Notes: generated by a model not told the origin, from the sequence alone. A stretch of 64,000 nt of DNA from Gemmatimonadota bacterium (GCA_039588295.1 JBDHAB010000001.1:160001-224000), one strand, 5' to 3'; shown: positions 40,013-50,115, counted from the stretch's first letter. A program made the numbers and translations.

Positions 40013-41047
40013 TTACATCCCCCGGAGCCGAGCTTTGTTCCGTTCCACCCGCTCGAGCGCGAGCCGACAAATCTCGGAGCACAGTTCTCCGAAAGAGATG
40101 TCTACTGCGTTTGCCGACTGGGGTAGGAGGCTGGTCGCCGTGAGCCCCGGCAGGGTGTTGACTTCCAGGCAGTAGGGGGTGTCATCGTGGCCGAGGCGGA
40201 AGTCGACTCTCGAGAAGTCACGGAGCTTGAGCACCCTGTGAGCCGACAGAGCCAGGTACTGCAGCCGCTGCTCGAGGTCCCCCGGGATGTCCGCGGGAAA
40301 GATCTCTTCGGTGAGTCCCGGCGTGTATTTGCACTCGTAGTCGAAGATCTCGTGGCTCGGAATGATCTCACCGACCGCGAGCGCTCGGTCGCCAAGCACG
40401 CCCACGGTGAACTCCCGGCCAGGCGCGAACGCCTCGAGGATCACATCGTCGTCGAACTGCCAGGCAAGCTCGACGGCTGCCGCTACCGCAGTCGGGCTTC
40501 GCACGATCGTGAGTCCGACGGTGGATCCCACCTTGGAGGGTTTGACGACAAACGGAAGCCCGAGGGCGTCGATCTCCTGGGGCGGTGCGGGCCACGAACG
40601 CCAGTCCGGTGTTGGAATGCCGGCTGCACGGAACAGTCGCTTCGCCAGGTCCTTGTCCATTGCTAGGGCGCTCCCCAGGGGGTCGGAACCGGCGTACGGG
40701 ATGTGGGCGGCGTCGAGCAGCGACTGTATTTGGCCTCCCTCTCCCTCGCGGCCGTGCAGCACGGGGAAGACGAGGTCGGCTTCGCGGAGCGCGGGAAGCT
40801 GCACGAGCTCGGGTCCGAGTTCCCGTGCCTCCAGGTCCGCGAGCGACGCCCTCGTGGGTGGTGCCTTCCCAACCGCGGGAACCAACAGGTCTTGTTCCTG
40901 GTCGGGGCGGAGCGTGCCCGTGACGGTATCGACGACCACAACCTCATAGCCGTGTTCGCGGAGGGCTGCCACCACTTGCGTCGCACCGGCAAGCGCCACG
41001 TCGCGCTCCGGGGTGCACCCTCCCGTAAGGACCGTGATGCGCGTCAT
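40013..41047 (-). CDS. ddl: D-alanine--D-alanine ligase family protein
   Basis: LHG..GEGG, AMDK, VKP..GSTVG, FDYECKY, SRVDF, EVNTLPG. Confidence 0.88.
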   Translation of the reverse strand: MTRITVLTGGCTPERDVALAGATQVVAALREHGYEVVVVDTVTGTLRPDQEQDLLVPAVGKAPPTRASLADLEARELGPELVQLPALREADLVFPVLHGREGEGGQIQSLLDAAHIPYAGSDPLGSALAMDKDLAKRLFRAAGIPTPDWRSWPAPPQEIDALGLPFVVKPSKVGSTVGLTIVRSPTAVAAAVELAWQFDDDVILEAFAPGREFTVGVLGDRALAVGEIIPSHEIFDYECKYTPGLTEEIFPADIPGDLEQRLQYLALSAHRVLKLRDFSRVDFRLGHDDTPYCLEVNTLPGLTATSLLPQSANAVDISFGELCSEICRLALERVERNKARLRGM

Positions 41048-41436
41048 GTTGAGCGAGGACGGTAGCACACGCGGTAGTGCGGCATCTCCCACACCTCGAC
41101 TTGCTCGACATGCGCCACCGGCGCCACGCGTGAGAGATGGTCCGTGGCCCGCTCGCAGACCACCGTGGCGATGTGCTCCGCGCTGGGAGGGTTGGAGCGA
41201 AACGCCTCGAGTTCGTTGAGGTACTGGTGGTCGAGATCGGCGACGACCGTACGCAGGGCCGCTTCGATCAGGCGGAAATCCACGGCCAGCCCTTTGTCGT
41301 CGAGTGCGCCCGCCGCAACGCGGACGGTGAGCCGAACGCGCCAGTTGTGGCCATGCATGCGTTCGCATTGCGGCACCCCCGGAAGGGTGTGTGCCGCCGC
41401 AAACGCCGCCTCGGCGGAGAGAAGGAAATGTGCCAT
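41044..41436 (-). CDS. queD: 6-carboxytetrahydropterin synthase
   Basis: AAH, CERMHGHNW, DF, LDH.YLN, PSAE. Confidence 0.9.
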   Translation of the reverse strand: MAHFLLSAEAAFAAAHTLPGVPQCERMHGHNWRVRLTVRVAAGALDDKGLAVDFRLIEAALRTVVADLDHQYLNELEAFRSNPPSAEHIATVVCERATDHLSRVAPVAHVEQVEVWEMPHYRVCYRPRST

Positions 41437-41446
41437 GCCCTTCGTG

Positions 41447-42841
41447 CTACCGAATGCCAGCCATGTAGTGCAGTACGTCGTACCGCGTGATGATACCGAT
41501 GAGCGCCCCCTGCTTGGTTACCAGTACGGCAGGGGTCTCGCGCGACAACAGCTCTGCGAGGCGCTCGAACGGAAGGTCGCCGTCGACCACGGGGTACGGT
41601 TCCTCCATGACCTCGCGCACCTGTCGTTCGAGCACGGCGGGTTGGGCGATGGCTCGAGCCATGAGGTCGCCTTCACTGACCGCCCCAACGCACGCCGTGC
41701 CCTCGACGATCGGCAGTTGGGAAACCGCGTACGTTTCCATGAGGTTGAGGGCCTGGCGCACGGTCTGGGCGGGGTCGACCGTGATCAACTCCGGGCTCGT
41801 CTCTGGCTTTGTGCCAAGTAACTCCAACGCTGCCAAGCGTTGCGGATCGAGCATTTGGTTTTCCCGCAACCATTCTTCGTCGTACACCTTGGACAGATAG
41901 CGCTCACCGGTGTCGCAGAGAATGGCGACGACATATGCGTTTGCATCGTCAAGCTGTTGGGCGATTCGGAGTGCGGCGGACACGATGAGCCCCGTGGAGC
42001 CGCCCACGAACAGGCCTTCCTCACGAGTAATACGGCGCGCCATGTGGAAGGCTTCCTTGTCGCTGACGGTCAGGAAATCGTCGAGATAGTCGAAGTGGAG
42101 AGTGTCAGGAATCTTGTCCCCGCCAATCCCTTCGACTTTGTAAGGGTGCCCGTCGGCCAAGTGGCCGGTGCGGGCGTACTCGCCGAAGATTGAACCCTCC
42201 GGCTCGGCAACGATGATCTGAACCTCGGGGTTCTGCTCTTTGAGGTATCGGCCGGCGCCGCTCAGGGTCCCGCCCGTACCGGCGCCGCCGACGAGGTGCG
42301 TGATCCGGCCTTCCGTCTGTGTCCAGAGCTCAGGTCCGGTTGTCTGATAATGAGCCTCTGGGTTGATCTGGTTGTAGAACTGATTCGCCAACACGGCGTT
42401 CGGTGTATGCTCAGCGATCGCCTTTGCCTTCATCACATAGTTCTCCGGGTGGTCCGGAGGAACGGCCGTCGGTGTGATGACGACTTCGGCCCCGAACGCC
42501 CGGAGCAGGCGGACCTTCTCCTGCGACATCTTGTCCGGCATGGTGAAGATGCAGCGGTATCCCTTGAGCGCTGCCGCCAGTGCCAGTCCGACACCCGTGT
42601 TGCCCGACGTGCCTTCGACGATCACACCGCCGGGCTTGAGCAGGCCGCGACGTTCCGCGTCCTCAATGATGACGATGCCAATTCGATCCTTGACAGAGCC
42701 ACCCGGATTGAAGAATTCGGCCTTGCCGAATACGGGTGTGCGAATGCCGGCGGTGACGCAGTTGAGGCGGATCAGCGGAGTCCAGCCGACCGTTTCGAGG
42801 ACGTTCGCATACACCCGACGGTGCCGTTCAGACACGTTCAT
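41447..42841 (-). CDS. Cystathionine beta-synthase with CBS domains
   Basis: NPGGSVKDR, TSGNTG, GTGGT, DTGERYLSK; C-terminal CBS pair. Confidence 0.92.
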   Translation of the reverse strand: MNVSERHRRVYANVLETVGWTPLIRLNCVTAGIRTPVFGKAEFFNPGGSVKDRIGIVIIEDAERRGLLKPGGVIVEGTSGNTGVGLALAAALKGYRCIFTMPDKMSQEKVRLLRAFGAEVVITPTAVPPDHPENYVMKAKAIAEHTPNAVLANQFYNQINPEAHYQTTGPELWTQTEGRITHLVGGAGTGGTLSGAGRYLKEQNPEVQIIVAEPEGSIFGEYARTGHLADGHPYKVEGIGGDKIPDTLHFDYLDDFLTVSDKEAFHMARRITREEGLFVGGSTGLIVSAALRIAQQLDDANAYVVAILCDTGERYLSKVYDEEWLRENQMLDPQRLAALELLGTKPETSPELITVDPAQTVRQALNLMETYAVSQLPIVEGTACVGAVSEGDLMARAIAQPAVLERQVREVMEEPYPVVDGDLPFERLAELLSRETPAVLVTKQGALIGIITRYDVLHYMAGIR

Positions 42842-43233
42842 CCTCCTTGTGGCGAACCATCGGGAATGCGGAACTGGATTGGCTGGAGGAATGCGGTAGC
42901 GACGGTGGCTCCATCACGCTTCGCCGGGGCGAAGCGCATGGCAGCAACCCCGGCGAGGGCGGCCGAGTCCAGCGCCCCGGAGCCACTTCCCTCGGCAAGC
43001 TGCGTGGAATCGGGAACGATCACGCCCTGTTCGGTGACGTAAAGTCGCAACACCACGGTCCCCTCCACGCCGTCATCAAAGAGGGCCGGCGGATACGCAA
43101 CCGGAGACTGAGCGTTCGTTGCCACCGGTGGCTGAAAACCGCGTTCCGTCGGGCCGGACCCTTCACCAGGAGGTGCGCTGCCGTCGCCACACGCGAGCAG
43201 CGCGATCAGGACAACGAGGATTCCACTACGCAT
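42838..43233 (-). CDS. TonB C-terminal domain lipoprotein
   Basis: LLAC lipobox; YP...GVEGTVVLRL.V...G; SG..ALD.AA; F.PA. Confidence 0.8.
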   Translation of the reverse strand: MRSGILVVLIALLACGDGSAPPGEGSGPTERGFQPPVATNAQSPVAYPPALFDDGVEGTVVLRLYVTEQGVIVPDSTQLAEGSGSGALDSAALAGVAAMRFAPAKRDGATVATAFLQPIQFRIPDGSPQGG

Positions 43234-45833
43234 CAGGATCGCTCCGCTTGGCGCTTCAATTCGGCTAGACGGGTGAGGGCTTCGATTGGGGTCATGGCGT
43301 CGGGTTCCAGGGTCCGCAGCTCCTCGAGCAGCGGGTGCTCGGCCGGGTGGAACAACCCAAGTTGCTGGGCGTCCGATATCGGCGGGGCTTCGGCTCCCGC
43401 GAGATGATGCCCCGCTTCCAGCAGCGCCAGGATCGCCCACGCCCGCTCGACGACCTCAGGGGGGAGTCCGGCAAGGCGGCCGACATGGATGCCATACGAG
43501 CGGTCGGATCCCCCGGGTTCCAGGCGATGGAGAAAGATGATGTCGGCGCCCGATTCGCGGACGGCCACGTTGTAGTTGCGCGCGTGCTGAAGTTCTTCGG
43601 TGAGTTGCGTGAGTTCGTGGTAGTGTGTGGCGAAGATCGTCTTACAACCCACATGGTCGTGCAGACGCTCCGTGACCGCCCAGGCGATGGCCACGCCGTC
43701 GAACGTGGCGGTCCCGCGGCCGATCTCGTCCAGGAGCACGAGACTCCGCGACGTGGCGCCGTGGAGGATGGCGCTCGTTTCGTTCATCTCGACCATGAAC
43801 GTGGACTGACCACGCCCCAGACTGTCACTGGCGCCCACGCGGGTGAACACCCGATCGACCACGCCGACGGTCGCTGCGGTGGCAGGGACGAAGGAGCCCA
43901 TCTGGGCGAGGATCACGGCGTGTCCCGTCTGGCGTAACACGGTCGACTTCCCCGCCATGTTTGGTCCGGTGAGGAGTATGACCCGCGCCGCCTCGTCGAG
44001 CCGGATGTCATTGGGGATGAACTTTCCGGGGGGGAGCGTACGCTCGACGACGGGGTGCCGGCATTCCCTGAGCTCGAGACGCATGTCGTCGGTAATGTCG
44101 GGGCGCACGTACCGCTCGCGAGTCGCCGCTTCGGCCAGGGCAGCGTGAACGTCGAGCGCCGCCAAGATCCGGGATACGCGTTGGAGTCGCGGCACCCGGT
44201 CGGCGACGGACCGGCACAGCTCCTCAACCAAGTCGCGCTCACGCTCGAGAGCGCGTTCCTCGGCGCCCAGAACACGTGCCTCGTAGTCCTTGAGTTCCGG
44301 CGTGGCGTACCGCTCGGCATTGGTGAGCGTCTGGCGTCGCTCGTAGTGTTCGGGGACCGCATGCCGATGGGTCTTCGTGACCTCGATGTAGTACCCGAAC
44401 ACCTTGTTGTAGCCCACCTTGAGTGACGGAATACCTGTGCGTTCCCTCTCGGCCGCCTGGAGGCCGGCGATGTAGCGCTTGCCGCCGTCGCGGAGCTCGC
44501 GGGCGTCGTCCAGCTCGCGATCGGCGCCCGGTCGCACGGTGTCTCCGTCACCCAGGCTCGCGGGTAGCGCCTCCAACAACGTGCGCGCGAGCTGCTCACC
44601 GAGGTCGGGCAACAGATCGAACTCAGTGGCCATCCCTTCCAGCTCGGCGCTTACCTCTCGCGACGTCAGCCCGTCCAGAGCGTTCTTGACGTCCGGCAAC
44701 CGCTGGAGCGAGTCCCGTAGGCCACCGAGGTCTCGTGGCGTAGCACGCCGCGCCGCTGCTCTGCTGACGAGGCGCTCGACGTCGCGCACACCATCGAGTG
44801 CCTCGCGGAGCCGCTCCCGCCCGCGCTGGTCACCGGCCAGTATGTCGACGGCATCCAAGCGCGCGCGGATCTCCTCCGCGACACGCAATGGGGCAAGCAA
44901 CCGCTGCCGGAGGAGGCGCGCGCCCATGGGTGTGACGGTGCGGTCGATGATCTCAAGCAGCGTGACCTCGCGGTCGCCCGGCCGCAGGGGCTCGACGAGC
45001 TCGAGATTCCGGCGTGTCATTTCGTCGAGCGGCATCGTGTCGCCCGTTCGACGAATGACCGGCAGGGCAAGCTGTGGGAGCCCGGTCGGCTGCAGCTCCT
45101 TGGCGTATCGGAGGAGCGCGCCTGCCGCACCGATGGCTACGCGATCAGCGGCGGTCACGCCGAGACCGTCCAGCTCGCGCAGTCCAAAATGCCGAGCGAG
45201 GTCGTCGGCCGCCGCATCGGGATCGAAATCCCAGGGGTCTCTGGCCGTCACAACGAGCTCGCCGATGGCTGCCGGGAGCGCTGCAGTGTCCGGAAGGAGA
45301 ATCTCACGGGGGTCGTATCGTGAGAGGACCACGTCGAGCTCCGTCGCGTTCGTGACCTCGAGAAGGAACTCACCAGTGGACAGATCGAGGGCGGCGACGC
45401 CTGTGGGGCTTCCCTCGGTTATTGCGACCATGAAGTTGTTGCGCGAACCGTCCAGCCAGTCATGGGCGAGCACAGCACCGGGGCTGACGACCTCGACGAC
45501 CTCTCGTCGCACCACGCCCTTCGCATGCTTCGGGTCTTCGACTTGCTCGCAAATGGCAACGCGGTGTCCCCGTTCGACCAGACGCCTCAGGTACTCCGCC
45601 GCGGCCTTGACTGGGACACCCGCGAGTGGGACGTACGCCGCACCGCCGCTGTTGCGCGTTGTGAGCGTGATGCCCAGTTCCCGCGCTGCCAGCTTGGCGT
45701 CTTCGTTGAACATCTCGTAGAAGTCGCCCATGCGAAAGAACAGCACCGCATCCGCGTACCGCGCCTTGATGTCACGGTACTGGCGCATGAGCGGCGTGTC
45801 GGTGGGCGGATCCGAGCGTCGCGGTGGACTCAC
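43233..45833 (-). CDS. mutS: DNA mismatch repair protein MutS
   Basis: TPLMRQY, FRMGDFYE, GPNMAGKST, STFMVE, DEIGRGT, ATHYHEL, QLGLF clamp-binding motif. Confidence 0.98.
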   Translation of the reverse strand: MSPPRRSDPPTDTPLMRQYRDIKARYADAVLFFRMGDFYEMFNEDAKLAARELGITLTTRNSGGAAYVPLAGVPVKAAAEYLRRLVERGHRVAICEQVEDPKHAKGVVRREVVEVVSPGAVLAHDWLDGSRNNFMVAITEGSPTGVAALDLSTGEFLLEVTNATELDVVLSRYDPREILLPDTAALPAAIGELVVTARDPWDFDPDAAADDLARHFGLRELDGLGVTAADRVAIGAAGALLRYAKELQPTGLPQLALPVIRRTGDTMPLDEMTRRNLELVEPLRPGDREVTLLEIIDRTVTPMGARLLRQRLLAPLRVAEEIRARLDAVDILAGDQRGRERLREALDGVRDVERLVSRAAARRATPRDLGGLRDSLQRLPDVKNALDGLTSREVSAELEGMATEFDLLPDLGEQLARTLLEALPASLGDGDTVRPGADRELDDARELRDGGKRYIAGLQAAERERTGIPSLKVGYNKVFGYYIEVTKTHRHAVPEHYERRQTLTNAERYATPELKDYEARVLGAEERALERERDLVEELCRSVADRVPRLQRVSRILAALDVHAALAEAATRERYVRPDITDDMRLELRECRHPVVERTLPPGKFIPNDIRLDEAARVILLTGPNMAGKSTVLRQTGHAVILAQMGSFVPATAATVGVVDRVFTRVGASDSLGRGQSTFMVEMNETSAILHGATSRSLVLLDEIGRGTATFDGVAIAWAVTERLHDHVGCKTIFATHYHELTQLTEELQHARNYNVAVRESGADIIFLHRLEPGGSDRSYGIHVGRLAGLPPEVVERAWAILALLEAGHHLAGAEAPPISDAQQLGLFHPAEHPLLEELRTLEPDAMTPIEALTRLAELKRQAERS

Positions 45834-46657
45834 CGCTCCTCCACGACAAACGCACTCCCGCCAAATCGGCGGCGCAGCTCGGCGGCAAGAGCCTGTGCCT
45901 CTTCACGCGCACGGTAGCGCCCCACGCGCACCTTGAGCAGGCCGTCAGTATCCTGGACGACGCGGGGCTGATACCCAGACGCGTGCAGGGTACGCATGAC
46001 TTCGTCTGCGGCGGCGGCGCTGCGGACGGCAGCGACCTGCACACTGTAGACGGTGGGGCCTGGTGGGGCTGGCGGTTCGCGCGCGGCCGCGTCTGCAGCA
46101 GCAGAATCACCGGCCAGACCGATGCCGGCGCAGCGCAGCAGATGATAGTCGGCGCGGTGCGCGAGTTCGACGTCCGCCGCAGCCTCCGCTCGCGCCTCCA
46201 AGAGCCGGCGGCAACCTTGGTCGGCCTGGCCCAGCTCGAGCTGCGCGCGGCCGACCCAAAACTTCGCTTCGGTGCGGATGTCGCTGAAGGGATAGTCGGT
46301 GAGGATGCGTTCGGCGGCGCGCAAGGCCCCGGCCACATCCCCCGATGCATAAGTGAGCTGGCCGAGGCGCAGCAAGGCCCGATCCGCCCACGCGGACCCC
46401 GCGTACTCGATGCTCACGCGGCGGAGGTAGTGCAGCGCGATGGCCAGGTCGTCGGAGACCACCCCCGCGGTGTACAGTGCTTCAGGGTAGAGCGAGTCGG
46501 CGGGCGACAGCTCTGCTAGCCGGCCTCGCACGAGGGCTCGCGCGGAATCCCCCTGGCCTTCGGTGGCCAATTGCACGGCGGAGGCGAGCAGTGAATCCTC
46601 CTGAGCCGAGAGGGGTGTGGCAACGAGGAGTCCGGCAAACAACACGATTCGCTTCAT
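45830..46657 (-). CDS. Secreted TPR + SPOR domain protein
   Basis: Signal peptide; TPR helices; YSVQVAA...KVRVG.Y..REEA. Confidence 0.85.
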   Translation of the reverse strand: MKRIVLFAGLLVATPLSAQEDSLLASAVQLATEGQGDSARALVRGRLAELSPADSLYPEALYTAGVVSDDLAIALHYLRRVSIEYAGSAWADRALLRLGQLTYASGDVAGALRAAERILTDYPFSDIRTEAKFWVGRAQLELGQADQGCRRLLEARAEAAADVELAHRADYHLLRCAGIGLAGDSAAADAAAREPPAPPGPTVYSVQVAAVRSAAAADEVMRTLHASGYQPRVVQDTDGLLKVRVGRYRAREEAQALAAELRRRFGGSAFVVEER

Positions 46658-47703
46658 GCCGCCGCCTTTCGCGCGCTCATCGTGAGGAGCATCTCTGTGA
46701 GGATTCCCAGCTCGTCCGCGATCGTGGTTGATTTCAAGGCGCGATCGGCCGCGTAGGCGGCCTGGATCGCCGCGTCCAGGTCGTCGCCGGTCCATCGTCT
46801 GGCTGCGGCATGCCAGGCTGCCGCTTCCGTCTTCCAGCTACCGAGACCCATGGGTCGTGCAGCGCGGAGGTGACCCAATAGATCCTGCTCCGCTCGATGG
46901 TTGGGTACGTTCGTGTCTCGTAACGCATAGGCGAGCCGTACGCCGACAAGCGCCGTCCCCACCATCGTCACAAGCCGCACGCCATTTACGCCGACTGTCG
47001 ACAGCACGCGGGGAAGTTGGCCCAGCGCGCGCCCGTGCTGGCGGTCGACGACTGCGCGTACCCAATCGTGCGGGGTCTCGCCTCGCCCGATCCCGACGAA
47101 CTCCGCCACCCGTGCGGCGTCGACCGGGCCCTCGGCAGCGGCTGCCAGCTTCTCGAGTTCCATGCCGAGATGGCCCAGGTCGGCGCCAACCGCGTCGATG
47201 AGGTGGACGACGGCCTCCTCCTGCAACTCGACTCCTGCCCGCTCCGCTCGAGCGTTCACCCAGCGAATCAGTCGGTCCGGGCTCAGGGCGTCGACCGCGA
47301 TATGGGTCGTGTTGCGGGTCAACGTCGTGTCGGGTTTTTGGCCGGCGCCGTGCACCAATACGAGGATGGTCGACGGCGCCGGTGCGGCGAGATACTTCTG
47401 CAAGACCTGCCAGACTTTGCTGTTCTTCCTCCACAACTCGAGACTCTTGATGATGACGACACGCCGCTCGGCCAGCATGGGCGGTGTCTCGATCAGGGTG
47501 TGGAGCGCTTCGGCGTCGAGGTCGCTTGCCGTGCGGGTGTCGAGGTTGAAATCGCGCGTTGCGGGATCAACCGCCCGATCGACGAGCAACGTGACGAGCT
47601 CGTCTTTCAGGATGTCTTCGTCCCCCGTCAGGTAATACACCGGCGCGAACTCATCGCGTCGCATGTGACGGTATGCAGAGTCAAACGAAAGTGCCGCCGC
47701 CAT
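46654..47703 (-). CDS. holA: DNA polymerase III delta subunit
   Basis: PVYYLTG.E, DFN, TPPMLAERRVV, ELEKL, D..LKS. Confidence 0.92.
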   Translation of the reverse strand: MAAALSFDSAYRHMRRDEFAPVYYLTGDEDILKDELVTLLVDRAVDPATRDFNLDTRTASDLDAEALHTLIETPPMLAERRVVIIKSLELWRKNSKVWQVLQKYLAAPAPSTILVLVHGAGQKPDTTLTRNTTHIAVDALSPDRLIRWVNARAERAGVELQEEAVVHLIDAVGADLGHLGMELEKLAAAAEGPVDAARVAEFVGIGRGETPHDWVRAVVDRQHGRALGQLPRVLSTVGVNGVRLVTMVGTALVGVRLAYALRDTNVPNHRAEQDLLGHLRAARPMGLGSWKTEAAAWHAAARRWTGDDLDAAIQAAYAADRALKSTTIADELGILTEMLLTMSARKAAA

Positions 47704-47755
47704 ACAGCGCGGAAGTTACAGGCGGACGGGGATCGGAGAAAGGCTCGCTGCCGAG

Positions 47756-48265
47756 CTAGGGGCCGACGGTGGCGCGCGTGAGAAAAGTCTGGTCGGCAGC
47801 TCCCGGCGTATGCCACTCGGCGGCGAAGGACGGCACCGTGAGGTCCGCGAAGCTCACGAACGGCACCCCGGCGTTGGCGACTACCGCCGGCAGCGAGGGT
47901 GGCGTTGGCGCCGCGACGGTGCTGGCTTCCCGAACGGCGTCACCCTTGCCTTCCCACAGGAGTAGGGCGAACGCGGTCGCAACCATCAGAGCCACCATGA
48001 GGCCAGCCGGTGCCGGCGTCACGGGCTCCTCGGCCACAGCCGGGGTTCGGGCCAACCGGGTGGTGAGATCCCGTCGAAACCTCGGCGACGGCTCCAGGTC
48101 GGTGAACGTCCGCAGTACCGTGACGCCCCGCGCGACCCGGGCATGGTACTGCATGCATCGCCGACACGTGAAGAGATGCTGCTGCATCTCGCGGAGGCGG
48201 TCGCGGTCGGCCAAGGTGCCGTCGCGGTAATCCGAGTAAAGCTCGAGAAAATCTGAACAGTGCAT
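47756..48265 (-). CDS. zf-HC2 anti-sigma factor with one TM helix
   Basis: C..F...YSDY.DG; HLFTCRRC (HxxxCxxC); downstream of the ECF sigma. Confidence 0.85.
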   Translation of the reverse strand: MHCSDFLELYSDYRDGTLADRDRLREMQQHLFTCRRCMQYHARVARGVTVLRTFTDLEPSPRFRRDLTTRLARTPAVAEEPVTPAPAGLMVALMVATAFALLLWEGKGDAVREASTVAAPTPPSLPAVVANAGVPFVSFADLTVPSFAAEWHTPGAADQTFLTRATVGP

Positions 48266-48290
48266 GTGTCGTCAGGCGGAACTCTAGCGT

Positions 48291-48318
48291 TTCTACCGGT
48301 GGGCCCTGCGGAAGTTCC
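48291..48318 (-). promoter_or_regulatory. ECF-type promoter before the anti-sigma gene
   Basis: GGAACTT-15 nt-GTAGAA. Confidence 0.5.
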
Positions 48319-48404
48319 CGCCACAGGAGGGACACACAGCGGGGCCGATGAGCACGGCGCTCTGCCGGCCCACCGGCCCCGGGGACGGTCTCTGCTGAGC
48401 GCCG

Positions 48405-49061
48405 CTAGTCCAGCAGCGGTCCGATGATCTGAGCGAACCGATTCCGGGCCCTGTTGAGGCGGCTCTTCACCGTTCCCAGGTTGCAGTTGGTGATGTCGGC
48501 GATCTCCTCATATGTCTTGCCTTCCAGCTCACGGAGCACGAACACCACTCGGTGGTGCTCCGGGAGCTGCGCAACCGAGCTCTCGACCAATTGCCGAAGG
48601 TGCCGCTTCCGATAGAGGTCTTCCGGCCGGAGGCTATGGTCTTCGAACTGGAGTGGTCGGTGGTCGGCCTCCCAGTTCTTCTTGATCGTTTGAAACAGCA
48701 CCAGTGGGCTGCGGCTCCGGTTACGCAATTCGTTCTTCGCGAGATTGGAGGCGATCGTGTAGATCCACGTTGAGAACTTCTTGCTTTGGTCAAACCGATG
48801 GAGATGCCGATGTACCCGGATGAACACCTCCTGAACGAGATCCTCGGATCGCTCCCGATCGCCGATCGTCCGGTAGACGAAGTTGAGTAGCCGTTTCTGG
48901 TAGCGCTCGACGAGTTCATCGAACGCACAATTTCTCCCGGCAAGGTACGCCGCGACCACGCGAGAATCGTCCAACTCGCGGAGCTCGTGTCGATCGAGGT
49001 GTGCCGCTTCCCGGGCCGTCGCGGGGTGCTCCCGCTGCCGGATTTTGACGCCTGCGGTCAT
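48405..49061 (-). CDS. ECF sigma-70 factor (RpoE/SigW-like)
   Basis: EDLVQEVF, FSTWIYTIASN, LRELEG.TYEEIA, GTVKSRLNRAR. Confidence 0.93.
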   Translation of the reverse strand: MTAGVKIRQREHPATAREAAHLDRHELRELDDSRVVAAYLAGRNCAFDELVERYQKRLLNFVYRTIGDRERSEDLVQEVFIRVHRHLHRFDQSKKFSTWIYTIASNLAKNELRNRSRSPLVLFQTIKKNWEADHRPLQFEDHSLRPEDLYRKRHLRQLVESSVAQLPEHHRVVFVLRELEGKTYEEIADITNCNLGTVKSRLNRARNRFAQIIGPLLD

Positions 49062-49293
49062 GTTCGAGTGCTCCCCGGTGCCCCTAAAACGGGACACCCT
49101 CAGTCGGACATACAGGGTTCGCTAGAGTGCCCTCCTTCCACTCGCCTGAAAAAGCACGATCCATACCTGCTCAGGTCTCGTCCTCATCTGAATGCGTAAG
49201 CCGTTTTATGTCAATATGTTACATGCATAACCCTCGTGCCCAGCCCGGGCTCCCGGTGTGGTCCAGGCTGTCCCCGCATGGGGACAGGGTGTG

Positions 49294-49851
49294 CTACATT
49301 CCGAGCCGAAAGCCGGCGGCGTAGAGGATCGCGACGATGGTCTTTCCGTCGACGATCTCCCCGTCCCGAATCATGCGCAGCACCTCGCTGAGCGGACGGG
49401 CCCTCACTTGGATAAACTCGTCCCGTTCGTGGTTTGGTTCCCCCACGGTAATCCCCGTGGCCACAAACAGGTGGATTCGCTCATCGGTGAACCCCGGGGT
49501 TGTGTAAACCGTGGTCAGGTACTCGACTTGGGCTGCCTCAGCCCCCGTCTCTTCGAGCAGCTCACGGCGGGCACAACTCTCGGGGTCCTCCCCGGGCTCG
49601 AGAACGCCGGCGGGCACCTCCCAAATCGTGGTCCCCGTTGCGTAGCGGTATTGCTCGAGGAGCAGCACACTCGGGTCCTCGCCCTGCGGGTCCGACAGCA
49701 GCGGGATCACTGCTGCGGCGCCTGGGTGCCGTACGACCTCGAGCTCGAACTCCCTCCCGTTCGAGGGGCGTACGGTGTCCAAATCGACCTTTACGAGTCG
49801 CCCGTCATAGACGCGACGGCTGCTCGTGCATTCCGGCGGGGTGTCCGGCAT
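49294..49851 (-). CDS. NUDIX hydrolase (ADP-ribose pyrophosphatase NudF-like)
   Basis: HPGAAAV, QYRY, EVPAG...RELLEETG, TPGFTDE, DGKT. Confidence 0.92.
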   Translation of the reverse strand: MPDTPPECTSSRRVYDGRLVKVDLDTVRPSNGREFELEVVRHPGAAAVIPLLSDPQGEDPSVLLLEQYRYATGTTIWEVPAGVLEPGEDPESCARRELLEETGAEAAQVEYLTTVYTTPGFTDERIHLFVATGITVGEPNHERDEFIQVRARPLSEVLRMIRDGEIVDGKTIVAILYAAGFRLGM

Positions 49852-49947
49852 TTCCTCGCACCCTCCTACTATAGATTCTGAGAGACCCTCGACCGTTGCG
49901 TTGACGGTCGTGACCCTGCTGACGGGGCCTGGGTGAGCGTTGAGTGG

Positions 49948-50115
49948 TTATGCGCTGCGGGTGAAGATGATCAAGAGCCTGCCGCCGCCAACGTGGTGAA
50001 CGGTGTGTTCGGACCACCCCATGCGAGCCCGCTCGTTGAGGAGGTCGGTCAGTGATTCCTCGTCTTCACGGGCTTTCCCCTGCAGCCGAACGATCACGAC
50101 CTGGTATTCTTTCAT
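49948..50115 (-). CDS. Small DUF4177-like protein
   Basis: MKEYQVV...LLNERARMGW...IFTR; GAGG RBS. Confidence 0.7.
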   Translation of the reverse strand: MKEYQVVIVRLQGKAREDEESLTDLLNERARMGWSEHTVHHVGGGRLLIIFTRSA

